This document shows positions 32,827 through 47,064 of a DNA stretch of 64,000 nt, piece after piece. The stretch's first letter is position 1; each line of letters opens with the position of its first letter. The notes below the pieces were generated by a model, which saw only the letters and a list, made by a program, of their open reading frames with translations, had not been told where the DNA came from and did no database searches. A program made the translations under genes and the position numbers. The stretch is from Octopus vulgaris (Eukaryota), in contig OX597830.1 of assembly GCA_951406725.2 (NCBI GenBank), positions 49,600,001-49,664,000 on the forward strand, given 5' to 3'.

Positions 32827-34809
32827 ATATACATAAATATATACACACACACACAACAGGATTCTTTCAGTTTCCGACTACGAAATCTCACAAGGATTTG
32901 GTTTTGGCCCGAGGCTATTGTAGAAAACGCTTTCCGAAGGAGCCACATAACGGGATTGAACCCAGAACCATGTGGTAGGGAAGCAAACTTTTTGCCCTAT
33001 AGCAACAACTTTATATAATTCTTCCTTTGGGCGAATGGATCTCGAAGCGCATAAACGTATAAATAATAGCAAGTAAATCTTGGGTCGAAAAATCCTTTTG
33101 GATAGAATAATTCTAATGTAACCATTGAATTTCTCTATCCGAATTTTTTTCGAGTCAAGATTTACATGCTACTCATAGCTTTATTCGCTTCTTGATCCAC
33201 CGTTCCAAAAAGAATATTCCTGTTCATCCGAAAAGAGGATCACGATTTAGCAAACGCCAGCATATTTGAACAAGCAAATACGTGTTTCCCTGGCTGCTTG
33301 CATGATCGAAGGTCTGGGCTCAATTTGCTGTCATCGTACGGAAGACAGAGTAAAATCATACGAATGTTCACGTCACACATGTTATGATAGTCAAACTATA
33401 GCTGTACGGATAAATTGTCTATAAAATGCCTAAAATCTAATAAAGGGAAAATTACTGATGGAAAAATGATTTCGAAGACAATTATTTACTACGCACTCAT
33501 CCGCAGATCTCTGGAAAACATTGCACAGAAGCCACCCAAAATTGTAGCTGCCAAAAGCATAATTCACTCCTAAGTCATACACACTCAATTATATGGTCAC
33601 AATCTCTGCCAGAGTCCCGAGACAACATAGTAACATGATCCCTGGCCTGATGAGTAGATATTGACTCGTATGTTTTTAACTGCAACGTTGTAGATCAACA
33701 TTACTTCGTTCTGGTTACCAACGGAACCTATAAGAATACAACCAAACATTTAACTCCTCATTCATCACGTTAGAAATAATAATCACGTCTCCCTCAAATT
33801 AAGCGTCACAGACATGAGAAACAATCCATTGGACAACGTATTTGACGGAGGCTGAAAGCAAACAACAGACTGGGCATAATTAGAATGGTGACAGACTTGT
33901 TCAATCAAGGCTTGCCAAGGACTAAACAACAGTTGTTGAACAAAGACAACAAAGGCATGTGTGTTGCGTGCATGTGTACATGTGTTTATGTATTGCAGCT
34001 CGATCTGCTTGATATAGCAGCCAAATGATAGCCATTAAATGCATTCAATATTAGAGTGGATGAAAAAACAGAAAAAGACAAGTTATTGAAGAATGGCACA
34101 TAATTCAGCACAAGGTTGTGGGATCAGGGCTGATCTGGGGGTAAAAACAACTAGAACACTGCTATCAACATTATCAAATTTGATACCACCACCACAACCA
34201 CCACCACCTTCACAACACCGCCAACACCACCATCAACAGAACAGCCACAACATAACATCATCACCACCATAACACCATCTGCATCACCATCTCAGGTAAT
34301 TCTATATGCTGCTGTTATGAATATTGATTTTGTCACCTCATCTACTTGTGTGTGTGTTTGTGTCAGCGCGTGTTTCTCTGTGAGTGTGTGTGTGTGTTTG
34401 TGTACGCGCGCGTCTGTGTGTGTGTGTGTGTGTGTGTGCATAGTTACGAGTGTTTCGGGTTTATTCTCTGGCTGTGAGATATTCTTGCTTGTGTTTACCT
34501 GTGTCTATGTGTGACATACAAACATGCACATACACACACATACACGGTGAGCATACATGTACTTAAATATATATATGTGTGTGTGCGAGCGCGTGCGTGC
34601 CTGTATGTTAGTGTACGTGTATATACACACTCACATACATACATACATACATACATACATACACACTCACACTCACGCAAACAAAATCTGAGTCATTCTT
34701 CGTTGTTTAAGCCTCGTTCAAACATGACCAATCATTCCTGCGATCAAAGCCGCTTCAGCTGGTTGCTATTTCTAGCAGGTTGAGCGACCAAGTAGCAGCT
34801 TCTTAATAT

Positions 34810-35405
34810 CAGTGGTCGTCGTAATGTCGATGGGGACGAGGGCGGGGTGGGTGTTGATGTGGTAAATTCTTGCGGTGACGGCGTTTATTGTGTCGATGCT
34901 AGAAGTAATGGTTCGCTTTGGTGGTTGTGATGGTATTGATGGTAACGCTGGTGGAGGTATTAGTACGGTGATGGTATCGCTATTAAGAATAGCGGTGGGA
35001 GGTGCTTTACGGTGGTGGTGGCGTTTCTAGCGGTACCGATGTATATGTGCTCGTGGCGGTGGCGTCGGTAGTAGCGTTAATGTTTCTGAGTGTGGCGGTG
35101 GATGTGGTTACGTCGATGTCTGAGTGTGGTGGCGATGTAGTTTGATGGTGGTCCTCATATCTTTGATAATGGTAGTAGTGATGTGGTATGATGGTAGTGC
35201 CCGTATCTTTAATAACAGCGGTGGTGGTGGGGGTGGGGGTGATGTGGGTTGATGCCAGTGCCTATATCTTTAATAATGGTGGTAATGGTGGTGGATGAGG
35301 AGGAGGTGGAGGAGGAGGAGAGGGTGGTGTTGATGGTCGTAGTAGTGGTGATGTTAATGGTGGAGGTAGCGGTGTGGACAGTGAGAATAACAACAACAAC
35401 AACAA
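34810..35405. repeat. Degenerate (GGT/GAT)n low-complexity tract; similar tracts at 3130-3310 and 34180-34290
   Basis: Decayed trinucleotide repeat visible in the sequence. Confidence 0.75.
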
Positions 35406-35604
35406 GGTATACAATGTATAATGTTAGAAATAACGTTTATCAGAAATTGTCAGGTTTCGATAAGTGAAAGGTTTTAATTGATTTTAACTATACAGACATA
35501 CATAAGTGTGTGTATAAGAATGTTTGTGTGTGTGTGAGGCAGAGAGAGAGAATGTAAGTATGTGAGAGTGTGCGTGCGAGTGTTTGGTTGTGTGTGTATG
35601 TGTA

Positions 35605-35662
<58 letters not shown>

Positions 35663-36054
35663 ACAGAGACAGAGAGAGAGAAAGAGAGAGATAGAGAATG
35701 TAAGTATGTGAGAGTGTGCGTGCGATGTTGTGTGTGTGTGTGTGTGTGTGCGTGTATGTGTATAAACCGAATTAATAACTACAATGGACTACTCTGAGTA
35801 TTTAGACTTGGCACGTGATTGATATGCAAATAGAAAAAATATATTTTCCTAGTGCGAATGTCAATGGAAATTAGTGATATATATGGAACTGGGGCTGGAG
35901 GCGTTGGTTTGGAAAATGAAACCAGTTAGAAAACATACAATGCTTCCACCTTATCTGTGTGTGTGTGTGTGTAAGTATATGAGTGAATGTTTCAGTAAGT
36001 GTATACGGACATATTACACATATTTACATAACTACAACTAACTGCCTTTACACA

Positions 36055-36370
<316 letters not shown>

Positions 36371-37020
36371 ATGGAAACTATATATACATATTGTTCTATT
36401 TCGGGACGGTCATTTTTTTTTGTTTCCCAATAAACACATGCAATATATATTTTTTCTTCACTAGTTTATTTCTGTTTATTACTTATTTTATTATTTTAAC
36501 TCATTATATTTTTTTAAAACTTATTTTATCATTTCCACTGTCCGGAAATATTTCGTCACACATCTGTGACCTCTTCAGCGACACTTTTCGTTTTCGTGTG
36601 TTTCTGATTTTTTTCTGCTCCAATTACTCCCTTCTGTTCTAAGATGTGTATCCTTGAGTGCGCAACTTGACAACAGGCGTTGGTGTGTTTACGTCTCTGT
36701 ACATTAGCCGTTCGGCAAAAGAGACCGATAGGATACGTACTGATCTTTCAAAAGTGTTCTGAGATCGATTTGTTCGACTAAAATCTCTCAAGGCAGCGCT
36801 CCAGTATGGCCGCAGTCAAATGGCGGAAACAAATAAAAGATCAAACATAAAAGATATCTCTTTTCTAATATAATCTTCCCCGTGCTTCTCTACTCTATAT
36901 TCTCTCCGATAGAAGTTAACAAGTGCGAGGGGTTGTAAGGCAGTGCTGTTCAACACAAATCATTACATGAATACACACGCGCATGCACGCGCGCACGGGA
37001 ATATATAACGCCTTTGTGTG

Positions 37021-37066
<46 letters not shown>

Positions 37067-37464
37067 TGTGTGTGTATGTATGTATGTGCACACACATATA
37101 TATAGACATAGAAAAGGTTAAGTAGGATGTGACTATACATTTAGGTAAGCAAAGAGAAATGCTATTGCATACACAATATATTCTCTCACACAGATTACAT
37201 GTTAAATGCAAAGACCTGAATATTTCATAGCTGCATTTACACATCGAACTGATACGCATACATTAATAGCCGATATGTTACTGACCGAATGTTTGGAATC
37301 ATTCTTCATTTATAGTACATTATTTAATTCTTTTTTGTGACTGCTTTAAATTAAGATAATACTCTATTAGAAAGTTTTTATTTATACTCTAATGAAGAAA
37401 ACCACTTACTAATTCATTGGGATCGAAGAACTTTCACTGAAAGAGCAATTATTATAGTCTACAC

Positions 37465-37784
37465 CACCGGTTCCCAACCGGGGTCCATATCATCCATGGC
37501 AGCCCACATTATCAACATAGTCAACCGATGATCCACAGCAGTATTTTAAATGTCCATGTACAGTTTTGATTTAAATGTGTCCATTGCTAAAAGCCGATGG
37601 GATTCTTTCTCTAACATTTTACATGCATTAACCTCTACAAGTCAATGAGTGAAATACAAAATAGGAATTATGAAAGAAGTAGCTATAAAACTAGTTTTTA
37701 AATATCAAATAGCTAAGAGGAGACCCACCAAATAAAATAGCAATCAAAGAGTTTCATAGACAAAAAAATGGTTGAGAACCATAA
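37465..37784. mobile_element. hAT(Charlie)-like MITE relic; related copy at ~12087-12329
   Basis: Decayed termini C..GGTTCCCAACC and GGTTGAGAACCA. The 12.3 kb copy ends AAAGGTTGAGAGCCACTG. Confidence 0.55.
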
Positions 37785-37835
37785 TAGACCCTAGACTGTC
37801 TAGAAAAAAATTTAATTTCTAATTATAATATATTT

Positions 37836-38282
37836 GAGATAGAAAATAGGAAGCCGGGCATAGTCTTAACTGAGAAAGAAAACAAACTATGGTGGATCAT
37901 AGATATAGCATGCCCAGCTGACAACAAAGTATGCGATAAGGAAGAAAGAAAAGTCGAGACTTATGACAGGTTAGCTTGGGAAGTTAAGCAGTTGTGGTCG
38001 ATGAAAAAGGTAGCAGTAGTACCAATAATTGTCGGAGCCCTGGGAACAGTGAGTAAAAATCTCGAGAAGTATATGGAACAAATAGAGTCTGCAACAAGGT
38101 TGAAACACTTGCAGAAAACAGCATTCCTTGGAACCACTCGAATACTTCGGAAGGTGCTCGAAAAATGAGAGGTGTTCCTTTAGTTCACTGGTAGTGAACA
38201 GCTGACAATGTAGTACATCTCCAGTGTTAGAAACTGTGCAAAGACAATAATAACAATAATAATAATTATTATTATAATAAAC

Positions 38283-38358
<76 letters not shown>
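37836..38358 (+). mobile_element. 3' fragment of an R4/Dong-clade non-LTR retrotransposon (restriction-like endonuclease) with (TAA)n tail
   Basis: Open frame 37836-38168: ENRKPGIVLTEKENKLWWIIDIACPADNKVCDKEERKVETYDRLAWEVKQLWSMKKVAVVPIIVGALG...LQKTAFLGTTRILRKVL*. This is the RLE PD-(D/E)xK region. A short 3' UTR and ~110 bp of (TAA)n follow. Confidence 0.88.
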
Positions 38359-38359
<1 letters not shown>

Positions 38360-38752
38360 CCTTTCTACTACAGCACAAGGCCTGAAATTTGGGGGCAGTG
38401 TCAGTCAACGAGATCGACCCCAGTACGCAACTTGTACTTAATTTATCGTCCCCGATAGGATGAACAGCAAAGTCGACCTTGGCAGAGTTTGAACTCAGAA
38501 TGTAGCTTCAAGCGAAATACCTATTTATTTACTAAGCACAAGGGGCTAAACACAGAGAGGAGAAACAAGGACAGACAAATGGATTGAGTCGATTATATCG
38601 ACACCAGTGCGTAACTGGTACTTATTTAATCGACCACGAAAGAATGAAAGGCAAAGTCAACCTCGGCGGAATTTGAACTCAGAACGTAACGGAGACAAAA
38701 TACCGCTAGGCATTTCGCCCAGCGTGCTAACGTTTCTGCCAGCTCGCTGCCT
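38357..38752 (-). mobile_element. Two tandem SINE family B units
   Basis: The reverse complement of the family B core occurs twice (about 38410-38520 and 38590-38750). Confidence 0.82.
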
Positions 38753-39602
38753 TGATAATGATAATGATGACAATAATATTATACGTGCGCGCACGTACGC
38801 ACACGCACACAAACACGCACACATACGCACACACGGAAAAGTAACGGAAGGAAAATAAATTGTAAAATCGCGTAATTATGTGTTCATATGCACAGTAAGT
38901 TTTCAATAGGACCTTTTTTCCAAAACACACTAGGTGTTCATTCCAGATCGCTGTCATACTAAGTTACGAAATCTTCTGATATGTATATATATATACGATA
39001 TCCTGAGGCCATTTTTGTGGCTAAGTTAATTCAATATAATACTTGATTTCTTCATAAATTGCAATACTATCCATAATTGCTTGCTATTATTCAAAATTTA
39101 GTTAGCGACTGTGTTATTAGACACACAAAAGATACAGAAGGAAATTAGATGCAACATATCAGAAAAAAGTACACAAATTTCGAAGTCTAGTGTGTTAATA
39201 TTACTTAGCGGATGGTAGAAAAAGGCCAGTGGGCGTCTAACTGCTACTTTCATAAGTAATAACGTTTCGTTTCGAGCTTTACTGCCGAAGTCGACAATGC
39301 CAGGTGACAATTCTCTGATATGCATAAATCCAGGCATATGGATGTGTTGGTTTTTAATATATATCTTTTGTGGCTCTGCTGCAAAGCAGGTATCATGTCA
39401 CAATAAACAATCAATCGGTAAGGATGGCAAGAAAACGTATGCCACTTCATGCTCGCCTATTTTATTTATGGAGTAACAAGGCAGCTAATGATTTCAATTG
39501 TTTGTGTATATGATTTTCCACGTGAAACCGTTGGTTGCCTTGTGTATCCATAATTAATGGATATTTACCCAGCACTCAATTCTAAAGTTCGATATGAACA
39601 TG

Positions 39603-39641
<39 letters not shown>

Positions 39642-40271
39642 CACGAGGTTTGATCAATAGGTATCCTGAATGTTGCCATAGTAGCAACGCTAAAGCACGC
39701 AGAGTGAAGCCACTTGGCAAAGATTGATTTTGGACTCTACTGTACATGCGCACTAAGTTCTAACGTTCAAGCTTCCACAGCTTACTACAGTACTTGGAAA
39801 GAAAATGTATAGTATATAATCGTCGCACTGACCATGACAGAGCAAGCTGTCATGGCGATACTTTCTCAGAATCCTATGCAAAGTTGCAAAAGGTGTATGG
39901 AGAGGAATATATGAGCCGCACGCAAGTGTACGAGTGGTTTTGGCGTTTCCAAGATGGTCGAAAAATGTCGATATTGACGAACGTTCTGGGAAACCTGCAA
40001 CCTGCAGAACTGAGCAAAAGCATTACAGATATGCGTGAGGCTATTCCCGAACCACTATCCGTGAGATTCTCTGCTCAACCTTCTCTGTCATGCTCAATAC
40101 GACGGTCACACTCTACACACCTTCCTTCCAAGCACAGCTGTAACAGCGGAAGTGAGCTAGTACGTTAAAACTTAGTGTGCATGAACAGTGGAGTTTAATG
40201 TCAATCTGTGCAAATCGGTTTTACTCTGCTAGTAGGCCAACAGTCCGGATACTTATTGATCAGACCTCGTA
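39642..40271 (+). mobile_element. Non-autonomous mariner derivative with ~200-bp inverted arms
   Basis: Termini ACGAGGTTTGATCAATAGGTATCC and GGATACTTATTGATCAGACCTCGT. Internal mariner HTH SYAKLQKVYGEEYMSRTQVYEWFWRFQDGR. No catalytic domain. Confidence 0.85.
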
Positions 40272-40276
40272 TATCT

Positions 40277-40307
<31 letters not shown>

Positions 40308-40874
40308 AGAAAAAAAAGAAATTTGTCTGTTCCATGCTTGTTTTTCCGTTTTCGTTTCTCGTTGAGTTCTACGTCTATTTGTGGTGTCCTGTACTCACGT
40401 ATATATATTTATATATGCATGTATATATACATGTAGATGTAGGTACGTACATATATGTATGTGTGTATGCATATATTTTATTTATTACACTATTGTATGA
40501 CTGAGCGGCCTCGCGTCGATTCGATTCGTTCGTTTCGTTTCGTTTCTTCTTCTCCAAGTACTGTTTATATATATATATATATATATGTTTATATGTGTGC
40601 GTTGGTGTGTGTGCGTACGCGCGTGAGAATTGTGTGTGTGTGTGTGTGTGTGTGTGCATTAGGACTCAAATAAGCACATATTTCCACTCACATTTCCCAT
40701 ATCTACCCTTGCTCCGGCATTCGACTATATCACATTTTTAAAAATGTTTTCGCAAGCCAAGAGCAAGAGATATCTACTAAACACCTAATAAGCATCAGAG
40801 ATTTGAAAGTGCTTGAAGCATCCGAGATACAATAAAAAAAATATTTATTTGTGCATGCATACATATATACAAGC

Positions 40875-40916
<42 letters not shown>

Positions 40917-41799
40917 TTCTGTACACATGCTTACACGTATTCGCGTGTACATGCTTACACATAAACATGCAAACAGAAACACTATTATACATACAATATA
41001 CACATATATACACACATTACCTCATAACTACAAACACCTATATTTTTTATTACTGTATTTACACATCATGCTTACATACATCTCTCCCAAATGCTTATTA
41101 ATGTTTACTTTAAAGATTTCTATTCTAAATGAGAATTTAGAAAAAACCCGGAATTTAAGGATTAAGCAGAGGAGCAGTAAACAGCCAATTCGCAAATAAA
41201 ATCTGTAGACGGAACTGTCAAAATATGCAAAATTTTTCTGATGTTCAACGTGTAATTCTTCAAGTCCAATTTTCAATGGAGAACAATGTAGGCTACTTTG
41301 GAAACTTTTACCCTCTAAAACCTATTTCAGACGGGAAGAGGGAACATGTTAAGTATATACTGGCAAAAGATAACTCAAATTTTTGGTATGGCAGCAGAGG
41401 TTTGAAATTTAAGCTGTAGCTTTAAGAGTAATGAAGGGCATATCCTAATCGAGTTCACCACTTACCTGGAAAACTAACAAAATATTTTTGCTTACACACG
41501 ATTTGTGTACAGTATAGTGGTTTGGATATTTCTACCAAGCTGTCAAAAGTAAGAAAATATGAACAAAATCGATAACAAAAATCGATAACAGAATCGGATG
41601 TGCCCTAGGGACATTTAGTTGTTTATATTCTTGAACTCTTGATTCACTTCAAGTGTGTGTACTATTTAAACTCATTTCCATTCTAGCAAACACAAGAGTT
41701 CTCTTATGGACTCTAAATTAGGAAATTATTTTTTACGATTTGAAAACTTATCTTTGCAGTTGATTGTAAAGAATGGTGTTAAACATTCATTAATCAAAG

Positions 41800-42125
41800 T
41801 GAATGCGCGTAGCCTAGTGGTTAGGGTATTTGGCTCACGATCGTAAGGCCGTGAGTTCGATTCCAGGTAGTACATTATGCCCTTGAGTAAGACACTTTAT
41901 TTAACGTTGTTCCAATCCACTCAGCTGGCAGAAGCGAGTAGTACCAATAATTCAAATATTAATCTTTTTACATTATGTTTCACGCCGAATATCTCTGAGA
42001 ATTACGTTAAAGATACGCGTGTCTGTGGAGTGCTCAGCCACTTGCACGTTCATTTCACGAGCAAGCTGTTCCATTGATCTGATCAACTGGAACCCTCATC
42101 GTCGTAACCGATAGAGTGCCAGTTA
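41800..42125 (+). mobile_element. tRNA-derived SINE sharing the family C 3' region but with a different central body
   Basis: A and B boxes present. The 3' ~140 bp match family C. TSD ATTAATCAAAG / ATTAGTCAAAG. Confidence 0.85.
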
Positions 42126-42217
42126 ATTAGTCAAAGAAATCTGGGATTATGTGTGTAATTATGTTTGTAATTGAAATTATTAAAGATTTCAGGTAAAAAG
42201 ACAAATATATTTCTCAT

Positions 42218-42585
42218 TGTGGTTTGGAAGTGTGGGAAGAAGTTTGTTTCCCAACCACATTCTTCAGTCTCACTACATAGGACCTTTCGCTACTGTCTTC
42301 TAGAATAGTTTCGGCCGACGAAAGCCTTGTGAGTGGATTTGGTAGAGGAAACTGAAAGAAGCCAGTCGTATGCGTGTTTATATATATTTTTGTGTGTGTG
42401 TATGTGCGTTTCTCCTCTACCACCACTTGACGACCGTTGCTGGTGCTTTTACGTCCCTGTAACCTAGCAGTTCGATAAATGGAAAAATAGAATACGTACC
42501 AGAGTTAAGTACTAGGGTTTATTCGTTCGTCGAAACCTGCCCCAGGGTGACCACAGTCTACTGACTGAAACAAGTAAATAAACAA
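42218..42585 (+). mobile_element. SINE family A copy
   Basis: AAGCCTTGTGAGTGGATTTGGTAGAGGAAACTGAAAGAAGCC body and GACTGAAACAAGTAAA tail. Confidence 0.8.
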
Positions 42586-42957
42586 AAATATATTTAAGTA
42601 CAACCTCAGAACAGTGCCGATCAAGAATTGTTTTGTAGAAATGGTAACAGAAATGGAAGAGATTGGTGAAGACAAATTCTAAGATGTATTCCAAACTGAT
42701 ATTGAAACCCTCACGTGTTAACGCCTTAAGGAACTAACCAAACTGCATGCGCCCAATTCAGATAGCGACGATATTTCGTAATTTTGATCATTTATCTAAT
42801 ACACTTGAAGCGATTTTCATAAAACGAGCCACGTTTTGAACAAACAAAAAAGTTAGCAGATCCACGAGTGAGGTGCTGAATCATTGGAGGAACATGAAAT
42901 AAACATTCCGAAGAAGAGAGTGAAGCGACTAGATTCGTGATACCTTTTTCTTCTTTC

Positions 42958-43017
<60 letters not shown>

Positions 43018-43372
43018 GAAAAATCTAACAAAACCTGTGGTATCTGCTTTTTTCTCGTTTCATGTTTTTTTTTCTTTTTAACTTGTTTAAACTAAATATG
43101 GTGACATGTACTTTTATACAAAGTTAGCTTTTCCCTATAATGTAGGAATACGTTTTCATTGAGCTACAGAAAATTATGATGGAATGAAGTATTTTGTCTG
43201 TGTATGCGGGAGTAGGATAGGTTTACAACTGTGTTGTAAATACATGTATATATTTCATTCAATAATTAAAAGAAATTATTTGCAGGAAAAAAAACTGTTT
43301 TAACTTTCTCTGAAAGCGAAGTTTCAGTTTGCAAAATAAAAAGAGAGCATTAATTTCGTTAATCGATATGTG

Positions 43373-43431
<59 letters not shown>

Positions 43432-46409
43432 AAGAGATAGAGAGAGAGCTGAAGTATAAAATCTCTCAGATATTGCTCTTTAAACTCTTTTGCATATATC
43501 ACTAGAACATATTAACCTCTCGATATATTTTTCTATTCCACACCCTGTCAATTTTCTCATTTCACCTCCATAAATATTCTTTTCATGTAATATTTCAAGT
43601 TTACGCCTGCAATTTATTCATAACTAACATAAATAAGGCTTTTTTTTCTATATTCACTTTTATTTGTCTTCTTTCTCTATATTTACAGGGAAACTAATCG
43701 CTTCATTACAATCAAACCACTGAATAATTGGTGTCTTATTTCTAAATTACATCACATTGTGTTTTATTTAGATGTCTTTATATTTGTTTTCTTTTCAGTA
43801 ACAGGTTCATTGTCGCTGTAAACTTGCTGCCAAACAGTCAGGGGTATGTAATGGAAAATTAATTGCTGCCTAAAGAACAAAAGAATATTATTCTCTACAG
43901 CAAAGATCTACACCTCATCCTCCATACAACATAAGCGGGCTAAATTTCCTTCATGAGAAATATGTTTACTTAAATATGTTGGTTGAATAAGCCGTCAGGC
44001 AAAACAAATTTTATTATACATATATCTGTGTGCATACGCGTACATTGTGTGTGTGCGCGCATGTGTGTGTACGCTCATGTGTGTGTATGCATGCATATAT
44101 ATTTGTCAGTACACACACATGCGTGGATACACGTCTAGCAAGAATACTCTGTGTGGTGTTTTTGAGTATGCATGCATATGTGTCTACATGCGTGCGTACA
44201 AAGAATAGTTATTCTGTGTAGATTTGGCGATCATTTCCGTTCTTTGGTTAACTCAATAATTGTTTTCCTTGATCCCCCACAAGGTCCGTTCTTAATCTCT
44301 TTGATATTTACTGTCAATATATGCCAGGTTACAGACAAAGAACATATAGACTGCAACATAGAACGAAATACGTCGATATACAACAAAGTTATCTGAGACC
44401 CACTAACCTGGTTTCTCAAGACATCAGGGGGATTGTCATCGAAGAAGCAAAACGAAAACAAATGCTTGATCAAAGACTTCCGTTCTGTAGATGTTAAGAA
44501 ATCCGAAAAATATTGAAAGACAAAAAAAAAGAGAAAAGTTTCATAATATTCCCCATTCCTGTAGCCTGCAAAGAATTTAGCCACATATAGTCATGGAATG
44601 AACATTCGGTAAATGCCAGATATTCAGTTGGAACTAGCTGAAAATTTGTGAAAAGGTCTCAGAGTTGCTGGAAATGACTTAATTGCCTTCAAATCAGATT
44701 TGGTCAAGCGAGAGCAGCTAATGTAAAATGGCGACAGAATACGTAATCTCTGTCCTGTGACTCTGGTACTTCTCGAACGACGAATTGTCTGTTAGCTGGT
44801 TTGTGTTGGATTTAGAAAATAACATAAACCATGTAGAAGATTAAAAAAGACATATGGTGAGGACTAGTGGGTGTTATTTGATTATAGAGCTTTTTAGTAA
44901 GGGATGACATGGGCTTAAATAACCCCAAAGTAAACTGTTATATTCTCAACCCTGTAACTACAATATAAAATAACAGCAGAGCCACTATTCTTGTGTCAAA
45001 AAGTCTGACAAGGATATTCGTTCAAGTCAAAACTGAGAAAACTTGAAAAACATCTGTAACGAACATATCTTAGTGCTTTATCGAAACAATTGTAAAGATT
45101 ATACGGTTGATCAACATGGTAGTTATAACAGACAGTCTCCCTCAGATTTCACATCCAGTTCTCGATGTAGCTACCTAGTTCTAGTTACAACCAGATTCTC
45201 CTCAAATAATACTTTACACTCTTAGTAAACAGATGACATATAATGCGATCCTAGTAACAGTGTACTTAATATAAAGAACTAATGGCCATTGCTGTCATTT
45301 CTTTCGTCCTTTTCTGTGGGTTGTGTACATAGTTGTGATGAAAAAAACTTGCATGTCCTTATAATTCCAAGAAAGCTGGATTCGAATTAACTTCTGGTCG
45401 GAAAATTATAGTAACAATAGTAACAATGTAGTACGCTCAAGAGTATTCCAGCAGCGTACTACTTGCCCATAGTTGCAATATTTTCTGTATAGGCGAAACG
45501 TTTTTTACCACTTAAAAGTAAGAACAATTTGAGGTAGATTTGCCTGCTATTTTTAGGTTTGTAACCGGGGTAATTGTTTGAAACACATTAGGTAGAACCA
45601 TTCCAGAAAACATTCTACATACACTGTCTTTGTATTAAACGGATGTCTTCGTTGCACCGAATTGTGCAAGTGATGCATTGGTGCAGTGAATCGAAGAATT
45701 TCCATAGAAATAGGTAGCAGCAGCAGCAGCAGCAACAACTCATGGTGTTAGAAATAGCAGAACAGGTGGAATTGTCAAATTAGAAAGATCTGTTGCAGAT
45801 TCTCATGCTTAATGTATCATGTAATTGATTGCAGATGTTATTGTCTAATTACGTTAATTAATTGACACATAAATCTGATGGTTTTCTCTGAGGATCGAGA
45901 GAGAAAAGAGAAAGAGAGGGAGGGAGAAGGTTACTCAGTGAATTCTTAGTTTAGACATCTTCATATTTCTTCGTCATTTTTAGACTCAAGACAGACGGTA
46001 TGTCACTCGAAATAACATAACAAAAAACAACAGCTTACATAACGTTTTTAATTAAACAATTTCTTTCAGATCTTTATTATATTTAGAAGGAAGTCAATCA
46101 CCATTGTTTCGTTATGTTCTATCTGTAAGTGTGTGTCTCTCTTCTTTACCATCTGTCTGACCAATTACTTCTTTCATTCAAGTTTGCTTTCATTGATTGC
46201 GAGAAGAATGGCTTTATGATATTGCGACAGTTTCTGTAGCAATTGTTGATGTTCCTATTATTGTAATAACTGTTGTTGTTGCTGTTGTTAATGTTGTCGT
46301 GGAGATGGTTGCTGTTATTGTTGTTCTTGTTGCTGTTATAATGTCGTCGTTCTTAATTTGGCAGTTTGTATGTGATACTAAGAAATATATATTTATAATA
46401 TTTAAAATG

Positions 46410-46850
46410 CAGGCGCAGGTATAGCTGTGTGGTAACAAGTTTGCATTCCAACCACATGATCCCGGGTTCAGTACCAGTGAGTGCCACCTTACTCAAGTGT
46501 CTTTTACTGTACGCCTGGGCCGACTAAAGCCTAGTGAGTGGATTTAGTTGACGGAAACTGAAAGAAGCCCGTCATGTGTGTGCGAATGTATATACGTAAA
46601 TGTATGTGTGCGCTTTTGTGTGTATGTGTGTGTGTATCTTTGTTAATTACCAACCATCGCGTAACAATCGGTGTTGGCTCGTTTACATCCCCGTGGCCTA
46701 GCAGCTCGGCTTAAGAGACCATTAGCATAACTACCAGGTTTGAAAGTAAAGTAAGTACCGAGGTCGATTCGTTAGACTAAAACTATCGAAGCCGGTGCAC
46801 CAGCATGGCCGCAGTCCAATGAATTGAAACAAGCAAAGGATAAAAATAAA
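46410..46850 (+). mobile_element. SINE family A, full-length copy
   Basis: Head, body, internal TG-rich tract and tail are all collinear with 2222-2870. Confidence 0.85.
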
Positions 46851-47064
46851 TCTAACAATTTCATGTGTACATTTCTGGTAATTGATTATGTTAATTATTT
46901 AATTTGTGGCTAATTAATGTGGCAGAGTGATCATGGAAGATAGAGCACCGGACGAAATACCTCTGGTATTTAGTTTCAGATAAAATCTGGAATTTGGAAA
47001 TTTGGTGATGGTCTTGGCTGTCTGCAATAGTGAATCCACACGAGTACTAGAGCAGAAGGGTTAG

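Noticed and set aside
37971-38408. 145-aa minus-strand ORF with poly-Tyr
   Set aside because: It is the antisense reading of the (TAA)n tail and the Dong/R4 fragment.
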